Shown one piece after another: positions 26,931 through 35,036 of a stretch of DNA of 64,000 nucleotides. The position numbers and the translations under genes are program-made. Every line of letters begins with the position of its first letter. Positions within the stretch are counted from its first letter, which is position 1. The stretch is from Alkalispirochaeta sp. (GTDB lineage Bacteria; Spirochaetota; Spirochaetia; DSM-27196; Alkalispirochaetaceae). The notes beneath the pieces were generated by a model that saw only the letters and a list, made by a program, of their open reading frames with translations, was not told the DNA's origin and made no database searches. The stretch covers positions 4,989,414 to 5,053,413 of the forward strand of contig OZ271854.1 in the NCBI GenBank assembly GCA_965601925.1, in the 5' to 3' direction.

Positions 26931-28486
26931 TCGGCAACCACCCGGGCGTCATCGATAATTACGTGGCTGTTCACCATAAACGTGCCGACGACGCGTGCGT
27001 GTACGACCGCGAACGTCTCGGGCATGAAGAGCGGAATCCACGGCGTCTCATCCATCGCGATACGCTGCGCATCACGATACAATCGGTGTCGTCTATCGGG
27101 GTTCGATTCGCGACGAGCGAGATCGACCAGTCGATCGAACTCGGCGTTGTGATACGCGCTACGATTCGTACGCCCGGCCGCGTCACCGCTCAGATAGATA
27201 CGCAGTAGATCGGGATCATTCCAACTGTAGCGGGTGAGCACGATGTCGTACTCACCGGCGGCGGCGGCGGCTCGCAGCGCGGCAAAATCGAGAACGCGGA
27301 TCCGCGCGACGATCCCGGCGCGCTCGAGCTGCGCCTGGACAACCGTCGCGATTGCGCGATGAGTCGGGAAACGGGAGGTGATGATGCGGACGGGCTCTTC
27401 TCCGTACTCGGCGGCGTGAACGAGCTCGCGCGCGGCGCGCACATCGTGTTGTATCGCTTCCACGGAGAGTTCGGGGGCATATCCGGGAATGGACGGCGGA
27501 ATGAGCGTATCGACCGCCGTTCCGTCGCCGACGAGGGCGAGAATCTCCTCCCTATCGACGGCGTGGGCGACGGCGCGCCGCATCCTGAGATCGGAAAACG
27601 TCGCACTTTCCACGTTGAAACCGAGATACACCAACCCGCGAACGGCGTCGCTCATGAGCGAGAACTCCGTGCGATCGGCGACGCGCCGAGCCGCCGCACG
27701 GGAGGTGAAATAGGCCATATCGAGCTCTCCGGAAAGAAGCGCCTGTTCACGAGTCGCCTCGTGGGGTGTGAAAAAGATATTCAACCGGTCGACGGTGGAG
27801 CGCAACGATGGGTCGTCGGTCGGCCGATGGGCGCCGTAAAAGGAGTTCCGTACGAGCGTGACACGGCTCCCCGATATCCATTCTTCGACGACATAGGGGC
27901 CCGTACCGACGGGAGATTCGCCGTACTCCGCTCCGCCGCGCTCAACGGCGACCGGATCCAACATCGCCGCGTACGCGTAGCTGAGGGCGCTCAAAAGCGG
28001 CGCGGACGGTTCGTTGAGCTCCAGGGAGACTCGGTGCGCATCCATAACGCGAATGCGCACGATGTTCTCGATCTCGGTGAAAATATGCGATCGCCGACCG
28101 ATCCGTTGCAGTCGTTGGAGGGTATAGCGAACCGCCTCGCTATCGAAGGGTCGACCGTTGCTGAAGCGCACACCTCGGCGCAGCACGAACGTAACCGTCA
28201 GTCCGTCGGGCGATACCGTCCACGATTCGGCAAGATTCGGCACGAGGCGCCCGTCGCCGTCCTGATAGATAAGCGTATCGTAGATATAGCTGTACAGGAC
28301 GGGAGCACCGGGATGCATCGCACCGTGGGGATCGAACGTTGCCGGATCCATCGCGACCGCCATCGAGATGGTCTCGCCGGCCGACGCGAGCGGCACAAGA
28401 GCACACGATAGCACGAACAGAATCGCGATCACCCGCGGTACCCTCGCGATATGCGTTTCGGTGCGGTATCGCACCCCCGCGATCAC
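26927..28486 (-). CDS. Family 5 (DppA/OppA/NikA/HbpA-like) ABC substrate-binding protein
   Basis: Signal peptide; FDPH, IYDTL, PNLAESW, LRRGVRFSNG, PVGTGPY, RMRRAVAHAVDR. GTGA coupling to the ahbD stop. Confidence 0.92.
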   Translation of the reverse strand: MIAGVRYRTETHIARVPRVIAILFVLSCALVPLASAGETISMAVAMDPATFDPHGAMHPGAPVLYSYIYDTLIYQDGDGRLVPNLAESWTVSPDGLTVTFVLRRGVRFSNGRPFDSEAVRYTLQRLQRIGRRSHIFTEIENIVRIRVMDAHRVSLELNEPSAPLLSALSYAYAAMLDPVAVERGGAEYGESPVGTGPYVVEEWISGSRVTLVRNSFYGAHRPTDDPSLRSTVDRLNIFFTPHEATREQALLSGELDMAYFTSRAAARRVADRTEFSLMSDAVRGLVYLGFNVESATFSDLRMRRAVAHAVDREEILALVGDGTAVDTLIPPSIPGYAPELSVEAIQHDVRAARELVHAAEYGEEPVRIITSRFPTHRAIATVVQAQLERAGIVARIRVLDFAALRAAAAAGEYDIVLTRYSWNDPDLLRIYLSGDAAGRTNRSAYHNAEFDRLVDLARRESNPDRRHRLYRDAQRIAMDETPWIPLFMPETFAVVHARVVGTFMVNSHVIIDDARVVAD

Positions 28487-29592
28487 GCGTTACTCCTGTG
28501 AGCCGCCGGCTCGTATGCGCAGTACGGCTCCTCGGCGAGGTAGTCGCCGGTGACGCCGTACGCTCGGGCCCGACAGCCGCCGCAGGCGTACCGAAACGCA
28601 CACGCACCGCACTTACCGCCGACTGAGGCGGTATCGCGCAACCGGGCAAAGAGCGTGCTGTCGTTCCAGATCGATGCAAAAGACTCGTGCCGGATACTGC
28701 CCGCGGCCACGGGGAAATAGCCGCACGGGAACACGCGTCCGTCGTGGGAAATAAAAGCGACCGCGGAGCCGGCGAGACAACCCGTTGTACTACCGCGGCG
28801 ACGCGCAACGCCGCCGGTCGGCACGCACGCATCCATCGTATCCGCCTCAGAAGCGCCTACCGAGGCGTTACGCATACGCACTACTCGTTGGTAGTGGGGC
28901 GCGCACGTCGCGCGTAATTCGAGATCGGGATTGGCGAGTTGCGCTTCGTACAGCCAGTTGAGAGTCGACTCGTACTCTTCGGCGTTGATCATCTCGTCTT
29001 CGGCGATCGTCGCGCCGCATCCGACGGGTACCAAAAGAAACAGATGCAGCGCGACCGCCCCCATTTCATTCGCGAGGCCGATCATCGCATCCAGCTGATC
29101 GCTGTTGTGTTTCGCGACGGTCGTATTGACCTGGACCTCGACACCCACGGCGCGGAGCGCCGCCGCCCCCGCCAGCGCCGCCGAGAAAGACCCCGTCACG
29201 CCCCGAAAACGATCGTGTGTATCGGCATCGGCTCCGTCGAACGAGATCGCGACGCGCCGGATACCGACTCCGGCGATACGGCCCGCCGCCGCCCGGTCTA
29301 CCAGTGTACCGTTAGTGGCCAAGGCGACCGGTACGTGTTGAGCGCGCGCGTAGTCGGCGAGATGGTATATGTCGGGACGCATTAGCGCCTCGCCGCCCGA
29401 GAGAACAAGAATCGGACGACCGAACTCTTGCAACTGATCGATCATCGCCTCCGCCTCAGCGGTGGAAAGATCTACCGGTGAGAGGTGTTCAACCGCGTCG
29501 AGGCGCCGGCAATGTCGGCATTTGAGATTACAACCCGCCGTAGTCTCCCAAAAAACCAATCGTGGGTGTCGGTAACCGTGCGTTGAGCTCAT
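28483..29592 (-). CDS. ahbD: Radical SAM/SPASM protein, AhbD-type coproheme decarboxylase (heme b synthase)
   Basis: RLVFWETTAGCNLKCRHCR (CxxxCxxC), LHLFLLVPVGCG, RATCAPHY, GCLAG, PCGY, GKCGAC...CGGCRARAY...GDYLAEEPYC. Start is 29592 or 29634. Confidence 0.82.
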   Translation of the reverse strand: MSSTHGYRHPRLVFWETTAGCNLKCRHCRRLDAVEHLSPVDLSTAEAEAMIDQLQEFGRPILVLSGGEALMRPDIYHLADYARAQHVPVALATNGTLVDRAAAGRIAGVGIRRVAISFDGADADTHDRFRGVTGSFSAALAGAAALRAVGVEVQVNTTVAKHNSDQLDAMIGLANEMGAVALHLFLLVPVGCGATIAEDEMINAEEYESTLNWLYEAQLANPDLELRATCAPHYQRVVRMRNASVGASEADTMDACVPTGGVARRRGSTTGCLAGSAVAFISHDGRVFPCGYFPVAAGSIRHESFASIWNDSTLFARLRDTASVGGKCGACAFRYACGGCRARAYGVTGDYLAEEPYCAYEPAAHRSNA

Positions 29593-29679
29593 GTGTCGCG
29601 CTGACTCTTTCGTTGATTGTAGTACATTTCGCACCGTGACGGTAGTTTGTCCGTCGGAAAACGCGCGGAATCGGCGCCT

Positions 29680-30597
29680 CTATCGAGACTCCGTATGCTC
29701 CTCGACGAGATCGGCGAACAGCGCCGGGAACGATGCGTGTCTCCCCGCCGGTTGTGCGCGCGCCATATCGACACCCAGCGACTCGGCGATACCGCGCAAC
29801 TCGACGTCCAAATCGTAGGAGATCTCCATGTTGTCGACCACGAATCCGACGGGAACGACCAGAATACGGGAGACCGACGCCTCGGCCGCCGATCGCAGAC
29901 AGGATTCGATCGACGGACCCAGCCATGGGCGCCGCGGCGAGCCGCTCCGACTCTGATATCCGAACACGGACTCGCTCAACCCGACCTCGTTCATCACCAG
30001 ACGTACCGTTTCGACGAGCTCCCCGGTGTACGTCTCGACATCGCTCGCGTCGACCGGCACACTGTGTGCCGAGAAGAGCACCCGGTCAAATGTGTCGAGC
30101 GCTCCCTCGGCGAGCATGGCGTCGGCAACCGCACGAATGTGACGCGAGTGGTTGTAGTATCGCCTCGCCATCACCACCACCGGCGCGCGATCTCCCACCG
30201 TCGAGCGGGCCGTCTCGATCGCCTCTACGTATCTTCCGTAGCCGATGTAACCGCCGAACGGGCTCGTCGTAACCGCGAGCGCCCGCCGCACTCCGTCGTC
30301 GGCCATCCGCCGCATCGTCTCCACGAGGCGCGGCCGTCCGTACCGATTCCCCCAATAGACCGCACACGATACGCTGCGCCGCTCCAACTCCCCGGCAAGG
30401 CCGGCAACGATGCTGCGAACGTGCGCGTTCAAAGGACTCACACCATCGAAGAGCCGATAGTGTGAGGCGACCTCTCGTCGCCGAGACGCGGGTACGGGAG
30501 TTCCGCTCAGCACCTCGTCGAGAAAGGGTTCTACCTCTTCCGGCCCCTCGGGACCGCCGTAAGAAACCACCAGGACGGCATCGAATACATCACGCAA
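29680..30597 (-). CDS. hemH: Ferrochelatase (actinobacterial-like, probable coproporphyrin ferrochelatase CpfC)
   Basis: VSYGGPE, V.PFL, HY..FDGVSP, YWGNR, FSAHSVP, YQSRSG...WLGP, PVGFVVDNME..YDLD. TTG at 30597 lies 7 nt after GGAGG. Confidence 0.9.
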   Translation of the reverse strand: MRDVFDAVLVVSYGGPEGPEEVEPFLDEVLSGTPVPASRRREVASHYRLFDGVSPLNAHVRSIVAGLAGELERRSVSCAVYWGNRYGRPRLVETMRRMADDGVRRALAVTTSPFGGYIGYGRYVEAIETARSTVGDRAPVVVMARRYYNHSRHIRAVADAMLAEGALDTFDRVLFSAHSVPVDASDVETYTGELVETVRLVMNEVGLSESVFGYQSRSGSPRRPWLGPSIESCLRSAAEASVSRILVVPVGFVVDNMEISYDLDVELRGIAESLGVDMARAQPAGRHASFPALFADLVEEHTESR

Positions 30598-30873
30598 AAG
30601 CGGACCTCCAAGTATGCAAGGGGCGGATGCGGCGCCGACTCCGGACGAACCGTCGGTCGAGATGCATCGCGGCACCCACATGAAGTATAGATGATACGAC
30701 GCATCGATGAGGCGAATCGTCGGTGGATGGAGTAATCGATCCCCACCGGAACGGATCGCGAGCGAACCGCCGCGACGCCCAACTGCCGGTCGACGAGTGG
30801 GAAGACGCGCGCCGCCTCGATACATTCGCCCGTTCGACTTGTCTAACGGCGGGGTGCACGGTACGTTTGAAGT

Positions 30874-31515
30874 ATGAAGCGTTTTGTCATATTGTCTCTT
30901 CTCTACCTGGCGGGAGTGCTCCTGGTGGTAGGCGCTCAAACTCATCCGACGGTGGTGTATACCGAGGGTGACGTGAGGGTCGACGGGGAAGAAGTGTACA
31001 TCGGGCAGCGTGTCGAGGCGGGTTCGTGGATCCAAACCGGAAATGACGGATACTGCGAGGTCCAGTTCGAAGGACCCAACATCATCCAGTTCCAGCCGGA
31101 TACGGTGGCGCGGATCTCGGTGAACGCCGCGGGTCGCGACCTCGATCTCAGAACCGGGGCCGTGGCGATGGTCCTCGATCGAATACACACGATCTCGCAA
31201 AACATCACCGGCGGCTTTGCCGTACGAACGCCGACGGCGGTGGCCGGCGTTCGCGGCACGGCGTTTTTCATCATGGTAGAGTCCCAAACTTCGACCTACG
31301 TGTGTACGTGTAACGGTGTTCTCGAACAGAGCACCACCGAGAGCGGCGATTTCGTGACGGTGGAGGCCGAACATCACGAAGCGTATCGTTTTTCCGCCGA
31401 GGGTGGGGACATCGTCCGTCGGCCCGCTCCGATACTCTACCACACCGACGAGCATATGGATCTTCTTGCCGAGAAGATCGAGGTTACGATCCCGTGGGGA
31501 ACGATCGAGGACTAA
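30874..31515 (+). CDS. Exported FecR-domain protein
   Basis: Signal peptide; EGDV, IQTGNDG, LRTG, VRTPTAVAGVRGTAF, CTCNG. Confidence 0.85.
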   Translation: MKRFVILSLLYLAGVLLVVGAQTHPTVVYTEGDVRVDGEEVYIGQRVEAGSWIQTGNDGYCEVQFEGPNIIQFQPDTVARISVNAAGRDLDLRTGAVAMVLDRIHTISQNITGGFAVRTPTAVAGVRGTAFFIMVESQTSTYVCTCNGVLEQSTTESGDFVTVEAEHHEAYRFSAEGGDIVRRPAPILYHTDEHMDLLAEKIEVTIPWGTIED

Positions 31516-31531
31516 AAGCGTCCCCGTAGCG

Positions 31532-32008
31532 TTAACGGGGAACGGCGCCGGCGCCGGCCAGCGTCTGGTTGGCGTACCGTCGATCCTCGGTCACCTCTCG
31601 AGCGAACCACTGCGGCGCCCGGAAATCCCGCGCCGCCCGGAGGCTGTCAAACTCCACTTCGGCCACAACCAATCCCGAAAGCGTTCCGTGATATACGTCA
31701 AGTTCGATCACCTCGTCGCCGAAAGGGACTCGATAGCGCGTCTTTTCCAATCGTGCGGCAGCGGTAAGGGGCCACAGTCGGCCGTACTGCACCGCATCCA
31801 GGGAGATTTCGACCTCCTCGCGCGCCGGTGGCGCACCGCGTTTTATCGTGAGGCGGATGTCCTCGTCGCTACGACGGATGCGCACCTCGCCGCGGACGCC
31901 GGCGACGATGAGATATCCCTGCACGATAGAGCGCGGCTCGGCGCGCTCCTGGACCGCAAGAACCGTCGGATGGAGCGGATTGCAGACGAACTTGCGTTCG
32001 ACTTCCAT
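31532..32008 (-). CDS. CYTH-domain protein (triphosphate tunnel metalloenzyme)
   Basis: EVERKF (ExExK), IVQGYL, VRIRR, LTIK, REEVE, EKTRY, ELDVY, AEVEF. TGATG overlap with the ParA stop. Confidence 0.92.
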   Translation of the reverse strand: MEVERKFVCNPLHPTVLAVQERAEPRSIVQGYLIVAGVRGEVRIRRSDEDIRLTIKRGAPPAREEVEISLDAVQYGRLWPLTAAARLEKTRYRVPFGDEVIELDVYHGTLSGLVVAEVEFDSLRAARDFRAPQWFAREVTEDRRYANQTLAGAGAVPR

Positions 32009-32754
32009 CACACCGTTATCCCGAGGTGTTCGGCACAAAGATCCCAAAGACGGTCAAACTCGCCACCGATCTCTCCGCGGCGCTTCATGGCGCCGATCGG
32101 CAATCGCTCTGAGCTCATACGCTCGACAATCGAGGAATACGGAATGACGATCGGCCACACCTCGGAGCGGGGTCGTAGCTCCTCGATCGTCCGTTTGTGC
32201 AAGGTCCGTCTTCGGTCGACGAGCGATAAGAAGGCGCGTACGGTTCCGCTACCCTTGTGTTTTCCGAGGAATCGCTGCATCGTCGAGAATCCCTCGACGG
32301 CCAGGGGTGTGGGAACGAGCGGCACCAGTATCAAATCGGCGGCTACGGCGATGCTTTCACTCTCCAGGCTCAAGCCGGCGGGCGCATCGACCACCGCAAG
32401 ATCGTAGGATTTGCCCACCTTCTTGACCGTCTCCTTCAGACGATCCCTGGAGTCCTCGAGGTCGTCCAGCATTTGCGGCAACTTCCGAAAAGAGAGAGAC
32501 GCCGGCAGGATATCAAGGTGCGGAAAGTCGGACCCTTGAATAGCGTCGGCGAGCGACTTCTTCGCGCGTACGATCTCTTTGGCGCTGGCGGCGTGATTCC
32601 CTTCGGCGCGAAGGATGTACGTTGCGGCGGCCTGCGCATCGAGATCGACCAATAGCGTCTTCACCCCCATCGATGCGGCGCTATACGCAAGGTTCACGGC
32701 GGCGGTCGTCTTCCCGACTCCCCCCTTCAGGTGTGCGAGCGCGACGGTTTTCAT
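32008..32754 (-). CDS. ParA/MinD-family ATPase (orphan, no parB)
   Basis: Deviant Walker A KGGVGKTT, VDLDAQA, VVDAP, DRRR; no N-terminal HTH and no MinD membrane-targeting tail evident. Confidence 0.93.
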   Translation of the reverse strand: MKTVALAHLKGGVGKTTAAVNLAYSAASMGVKTLLVDLDAQAAATYILRAEGNHAASAKEIVRAKKSLADAIQGSDFPHLDILPASLSFRKLPQMLDDLEDSRDRLKETVKKVGKSYDLAVVDAPAGLSLESESIAVAADLILVPLVPTPLAVEGFSTMQRFLGKHKGSGTVRAFLSLVDRRRTLHKRTIEELRPRSEVWPIVIPYSSIVERMSSERLPIGAMKRRGEIGGEFDRLWDLCAEHLGITV

Positions 32755-34295
32755 AGTGCTTTCCTCCTTAGATACTCAAAGACGGCCTCTCTGCTCGCCC
32801 GTTTCTCTCGGGAGATCGCCTCTACGAGCGCTCCGAGAGCCGCGGCAACTCCGGGAGGCAAATCGTCACCCGCAGCGATCAGGTCGGCCAGTCTCGATTG
32901 TTCGACGCACAAGTCATTGAATCGACCCAAACGATCTTGAAAGTACTTCAGTTTTTTCACACTTTCGTTAGCGCGTATCCCCGAGACCTCTCCCAAAATT
33001 TCCCGTACGTACCGATATCGTTTACCGCGAATCCGCAGGCGATGGAGCGCCTCGTCGGTAACCTCGTTGTGATGGAGATGGTAGTCCTCAACCAGCGCGT
33101 GCCATCCCCGTCGGAACGCACGACGACGCCTTTTTATGACGCGACGGGCCGTCTCGCGCGTGGGACCACCGATGGGAGGAGTGTTATCGAGGAGCATATC
33201 GACCGCGTCGTCGGACAGATAGCGCTCGATCTCCCGTTTCACGACGTCGTACGCTTCGGCACGTCGTCCCTCGACGTACCGAAAGAACGCCTCTACCGCC
33301 GATTCGAACATCGGCTCAACCATCGCGGCGTAGCGTCGGCGAGACAGGAGGAGGACATCCAGCTCACGCGCAGGGCCCGTTGCACGCGCGAGTCGCCGCA
33401 CCGCCTCTCGAGCGCGGCCTACCTCCTCGGCCGGCAGCGACGCGCAGGCGTAGTCGATATATGTTCGCATTCGTCGAGTCGCTACACGCAGATCGTGGAG
33501 AAACTCGGTGTCGATCGCCGCGGCGACACCGGGTGCGTTCAACCGAATCGTGTCGCGCAGGTACCCGATGACGAGGGCGTGCGTCCGGGCGGCCGGCTCA
33601 TCGCCTTTGATCGCCAAACGTACTTTGGTCGAATAGTCGAAAAGCCGTCTCCCCGATAGTGCAAGCGCCTCCTCAACGATCGTGTACGCCGGCACCGCGC
33701 CGAATCCGCGCATCATCTCGTCTACGATCCGGCGATATCCGCGAAGCGGGAGCAGTCGAATGAACCGGGCGGTCACGGAGCTCCCGGCGGCGGGGGCAAT
33801 ATCGAACGCTTGTGCGTAGGCCACGATTTTACGCGCGCGATTACGCACCTCCCACACGCGCTCCCGAAATGGGGTGCGGGAGGCTACCAGTAGCGCCCTA
33901 TGGTTCGTCTCGGCCGAAGCGGCGGCCGCGACCGCCGCACCCGTCCCGCCGTCGGGGAAGAATCGCTCGGGCAGCGGGACGATACCGCGTGACGGTCGCC
34001 GGGGGCATCGCACCGCCGTATCGACTGCGATCCCGTCGTCGGGTACGAGCCGCACCGCAACGCCTCCCCGCGCGGCGAGGCTCCACGTCGTCGTATCGAT
34101 AACCTCGAGAACTCCCGAGGACTGCGACACTTTTCTCGCCGTCAGCGCTCCGTCGTCGCCGGATACGTGCGCCGGCATGCGTACCTGGTCGCCGCGAAAC
34201 CATCGATCAACGAACGTCTCGTCGAGCGACAACTCGGTAGAGAACGTCCCCAGGCCCCTGGAGCCTCGACGTAACGCGTTCGATCCACGTCCCAT
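32751..34295 (-). CDS. CHAD-domain (polyphosphate-binding) protein with an N-terminal extension
   Basis: EFLHDLRVATRRMR, RELDV, LHRLRIRGKRYRY, FQDRLGRFND. ATG at 34295 after AGAGGA. Confidence 0.88.
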   Translation of the reverse strand: MGRGSNALRRGSRGLGTFSTELSLDETFVDRWFRGDQVRMPAHVSGDDGALTARKVSQSSGVLEVIDTTTWSLAARGGVAVRLVPDDGIAVDTAVRCPRRPSRGIVPLPERFFPDGGTGAAVAAAASAETNHRALLVASRTPFRERVWEVRNRARKIVAYAQAFDIAPAAGSSVTARFIRLLPLRGYRRIVDEMMRGFGAVPAYTIVEEALALSGRRLFDYSTKVRLAIKGDEPAARTHALVIGYLRDTIRLNAPGVAAAIDTEFLHDLRVATRRMRTYIDYACASLPAEEVGRAREAVRRLARATGPARELDVLLLSRRRYAAMVEPMFESAVEAFFRYVEGRRAEAYDVVKREIERYLSDDAVDMLLDNTPPIGGPTRETARRVIKRRRRAFRRGWHALVEDYHLHHNEVTDEALHRLRIRGKRYRYVREILGEVSGIRANESVKKLKYFQDRLGRFNDLCVEQSRLADLIAAGDDLPPGVAAALGALVEAISREKRASREAVFEYLRRKAL

Positions 34296-34302
34296 TCGGC
34301 GT

Positions 34303-34884
34303 CTATCCTCTCTTCCGCGTTGTAGTGGCGTAGCGAGCGGCACCCGCGATGGAGCGTAAACCCATATGGCGTTGCACGAGGTCGAGATCGTGCGTCCGTT
34401 CAAAGAGGCGATGTGCAAATGTGTGGCGCAACAATGAGGGCCGAACCGGGCGCGCGATTCCGGCATCTCGCCCATACTCGGCCAAGAAACGACGTACGTA
34501 TCGATTACTCAAAGGACCACCGCGCCGGGTGGTAAATACCAGATCGGTATCGGTATGATCGGGACGCGCCGCAAGCCATATCGTGAGATATTGGGCAACG
34601 CGAACACTGAGATCGACCTGTCGTGCCGTGTCGCGTTTCGGTTTGACGACGGTGAGGCGATGCTCGGAGAGTGCCACATCGCCGACGCGAAGTCCACCGA
34701 TGACCGCCGTCCCGCTTGCACCTTCTTTGCCGACGATCTCGCCGACTTTGAGACCGCACTCGACCATTAAGAGCATGATCGTGACGTTCCTAATGCCCAC
34801 TATCGTGTCGAGATCGGGAGCACTGAATAGCTGCTTCAGCTCCTCCTCCGACAAACGATCGTTCTTTCTCTCGGCTGTATCCAC
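34303..34884 (-). CDS. Tyrosine-recombinase catalytic-domain protein with a degenerate active site
   Basis: LSEEELKQL...RN..I.LLM.ECGLKVGEI, PSLLRHTFA, DLDLVQRHMGL...ARY. No N-terminal core-binding domain. Start is GTG 34884 or TTG 34890. Confidence 0.85.
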   Translation of the reverse strand: MDTAERKNDRLSEEELKQLFSAPDLDTIVGIRNVTIMLLMVECGLKVGEIVGKEGASGTAVIGGLRVGDVALSEHRLTVVKPKRDTARQVDLSVRVAQYLTIWLAARPDHTDTDLVFTTRRGGPLSNRYVRRFLAEYGRDAGIARPVRPSLLRHTFAHRLFERTHDLDLVQRHMGLRSIAGAARYATTTRKRG

Positions 34885-34904
34885 GGTCAACGCGCCTCTA
34901 TTTT

Positions 34905-34957
34905 GTACCGAAAAAAAATTTTTCGGTACTTTGGGAGACACAGCTTAACACACTATA
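34905..34957 (-). promoter_or_regulatory. Extended -10 promoter and 25-bp palindromic operator ahead of the recombinase-like gene
   Basis: TGTG-TATAGT (-10 at 34957-34952); GTACCGAAAAA-AAA-TTTTTCGGTAC (34905-34929) lies between it and the RBS. Confidence 0.65.
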
Positions 34958-35036
34958 CACACTACGGATACCGCTCATATCGAGCCGTCGCACGGAACGC
35001 GGCTACATATCGAGAGTAACTGTCGCTGAACGGTGA

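Noticed and set aside
30600..30873. Cobalamin riboswitch between ferrochelatase and FecR genes
   Set aside because: Only isolated words (AACTG, TGGGAAG) match; the conserved AGGGAA..CGGTG core and B12 box are not recognisable. An Infernal scan would settle it.
29680..31455. 591-aa ORF suggesting an N-terminally fused ferrochelatase
   Set aside because: The first 286 codons are the antisense shadow of the FecR gene plus intergenic DNA. A GGAGG RBS and TTG at 30597 mark the real start.
30874..31515. FecR/FecI-type iron signalling controlling the heme cassette
   Set aside because: The protein has a cleavable-looking signal peptide, no cytoplasmic anti-sigma domain and no adjacent sigma or TonB receptor. 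Adjacency alone is weak evidence.
32008..32754. Chromosome or plasmid partition locus
   Set aside because: No parB, rep gene or canonical parS (TGTTTCACGTGAAACA) is seen; the gene is coupled to CHAD and CYTH instead.
34303..34941. Integrase marking a prophage/ICE, or XerC/XerD
   Set aside because: Catalytic residues are degenerate, the N-terminal domain is absent, and no phage, conjugation or att features are nearby.
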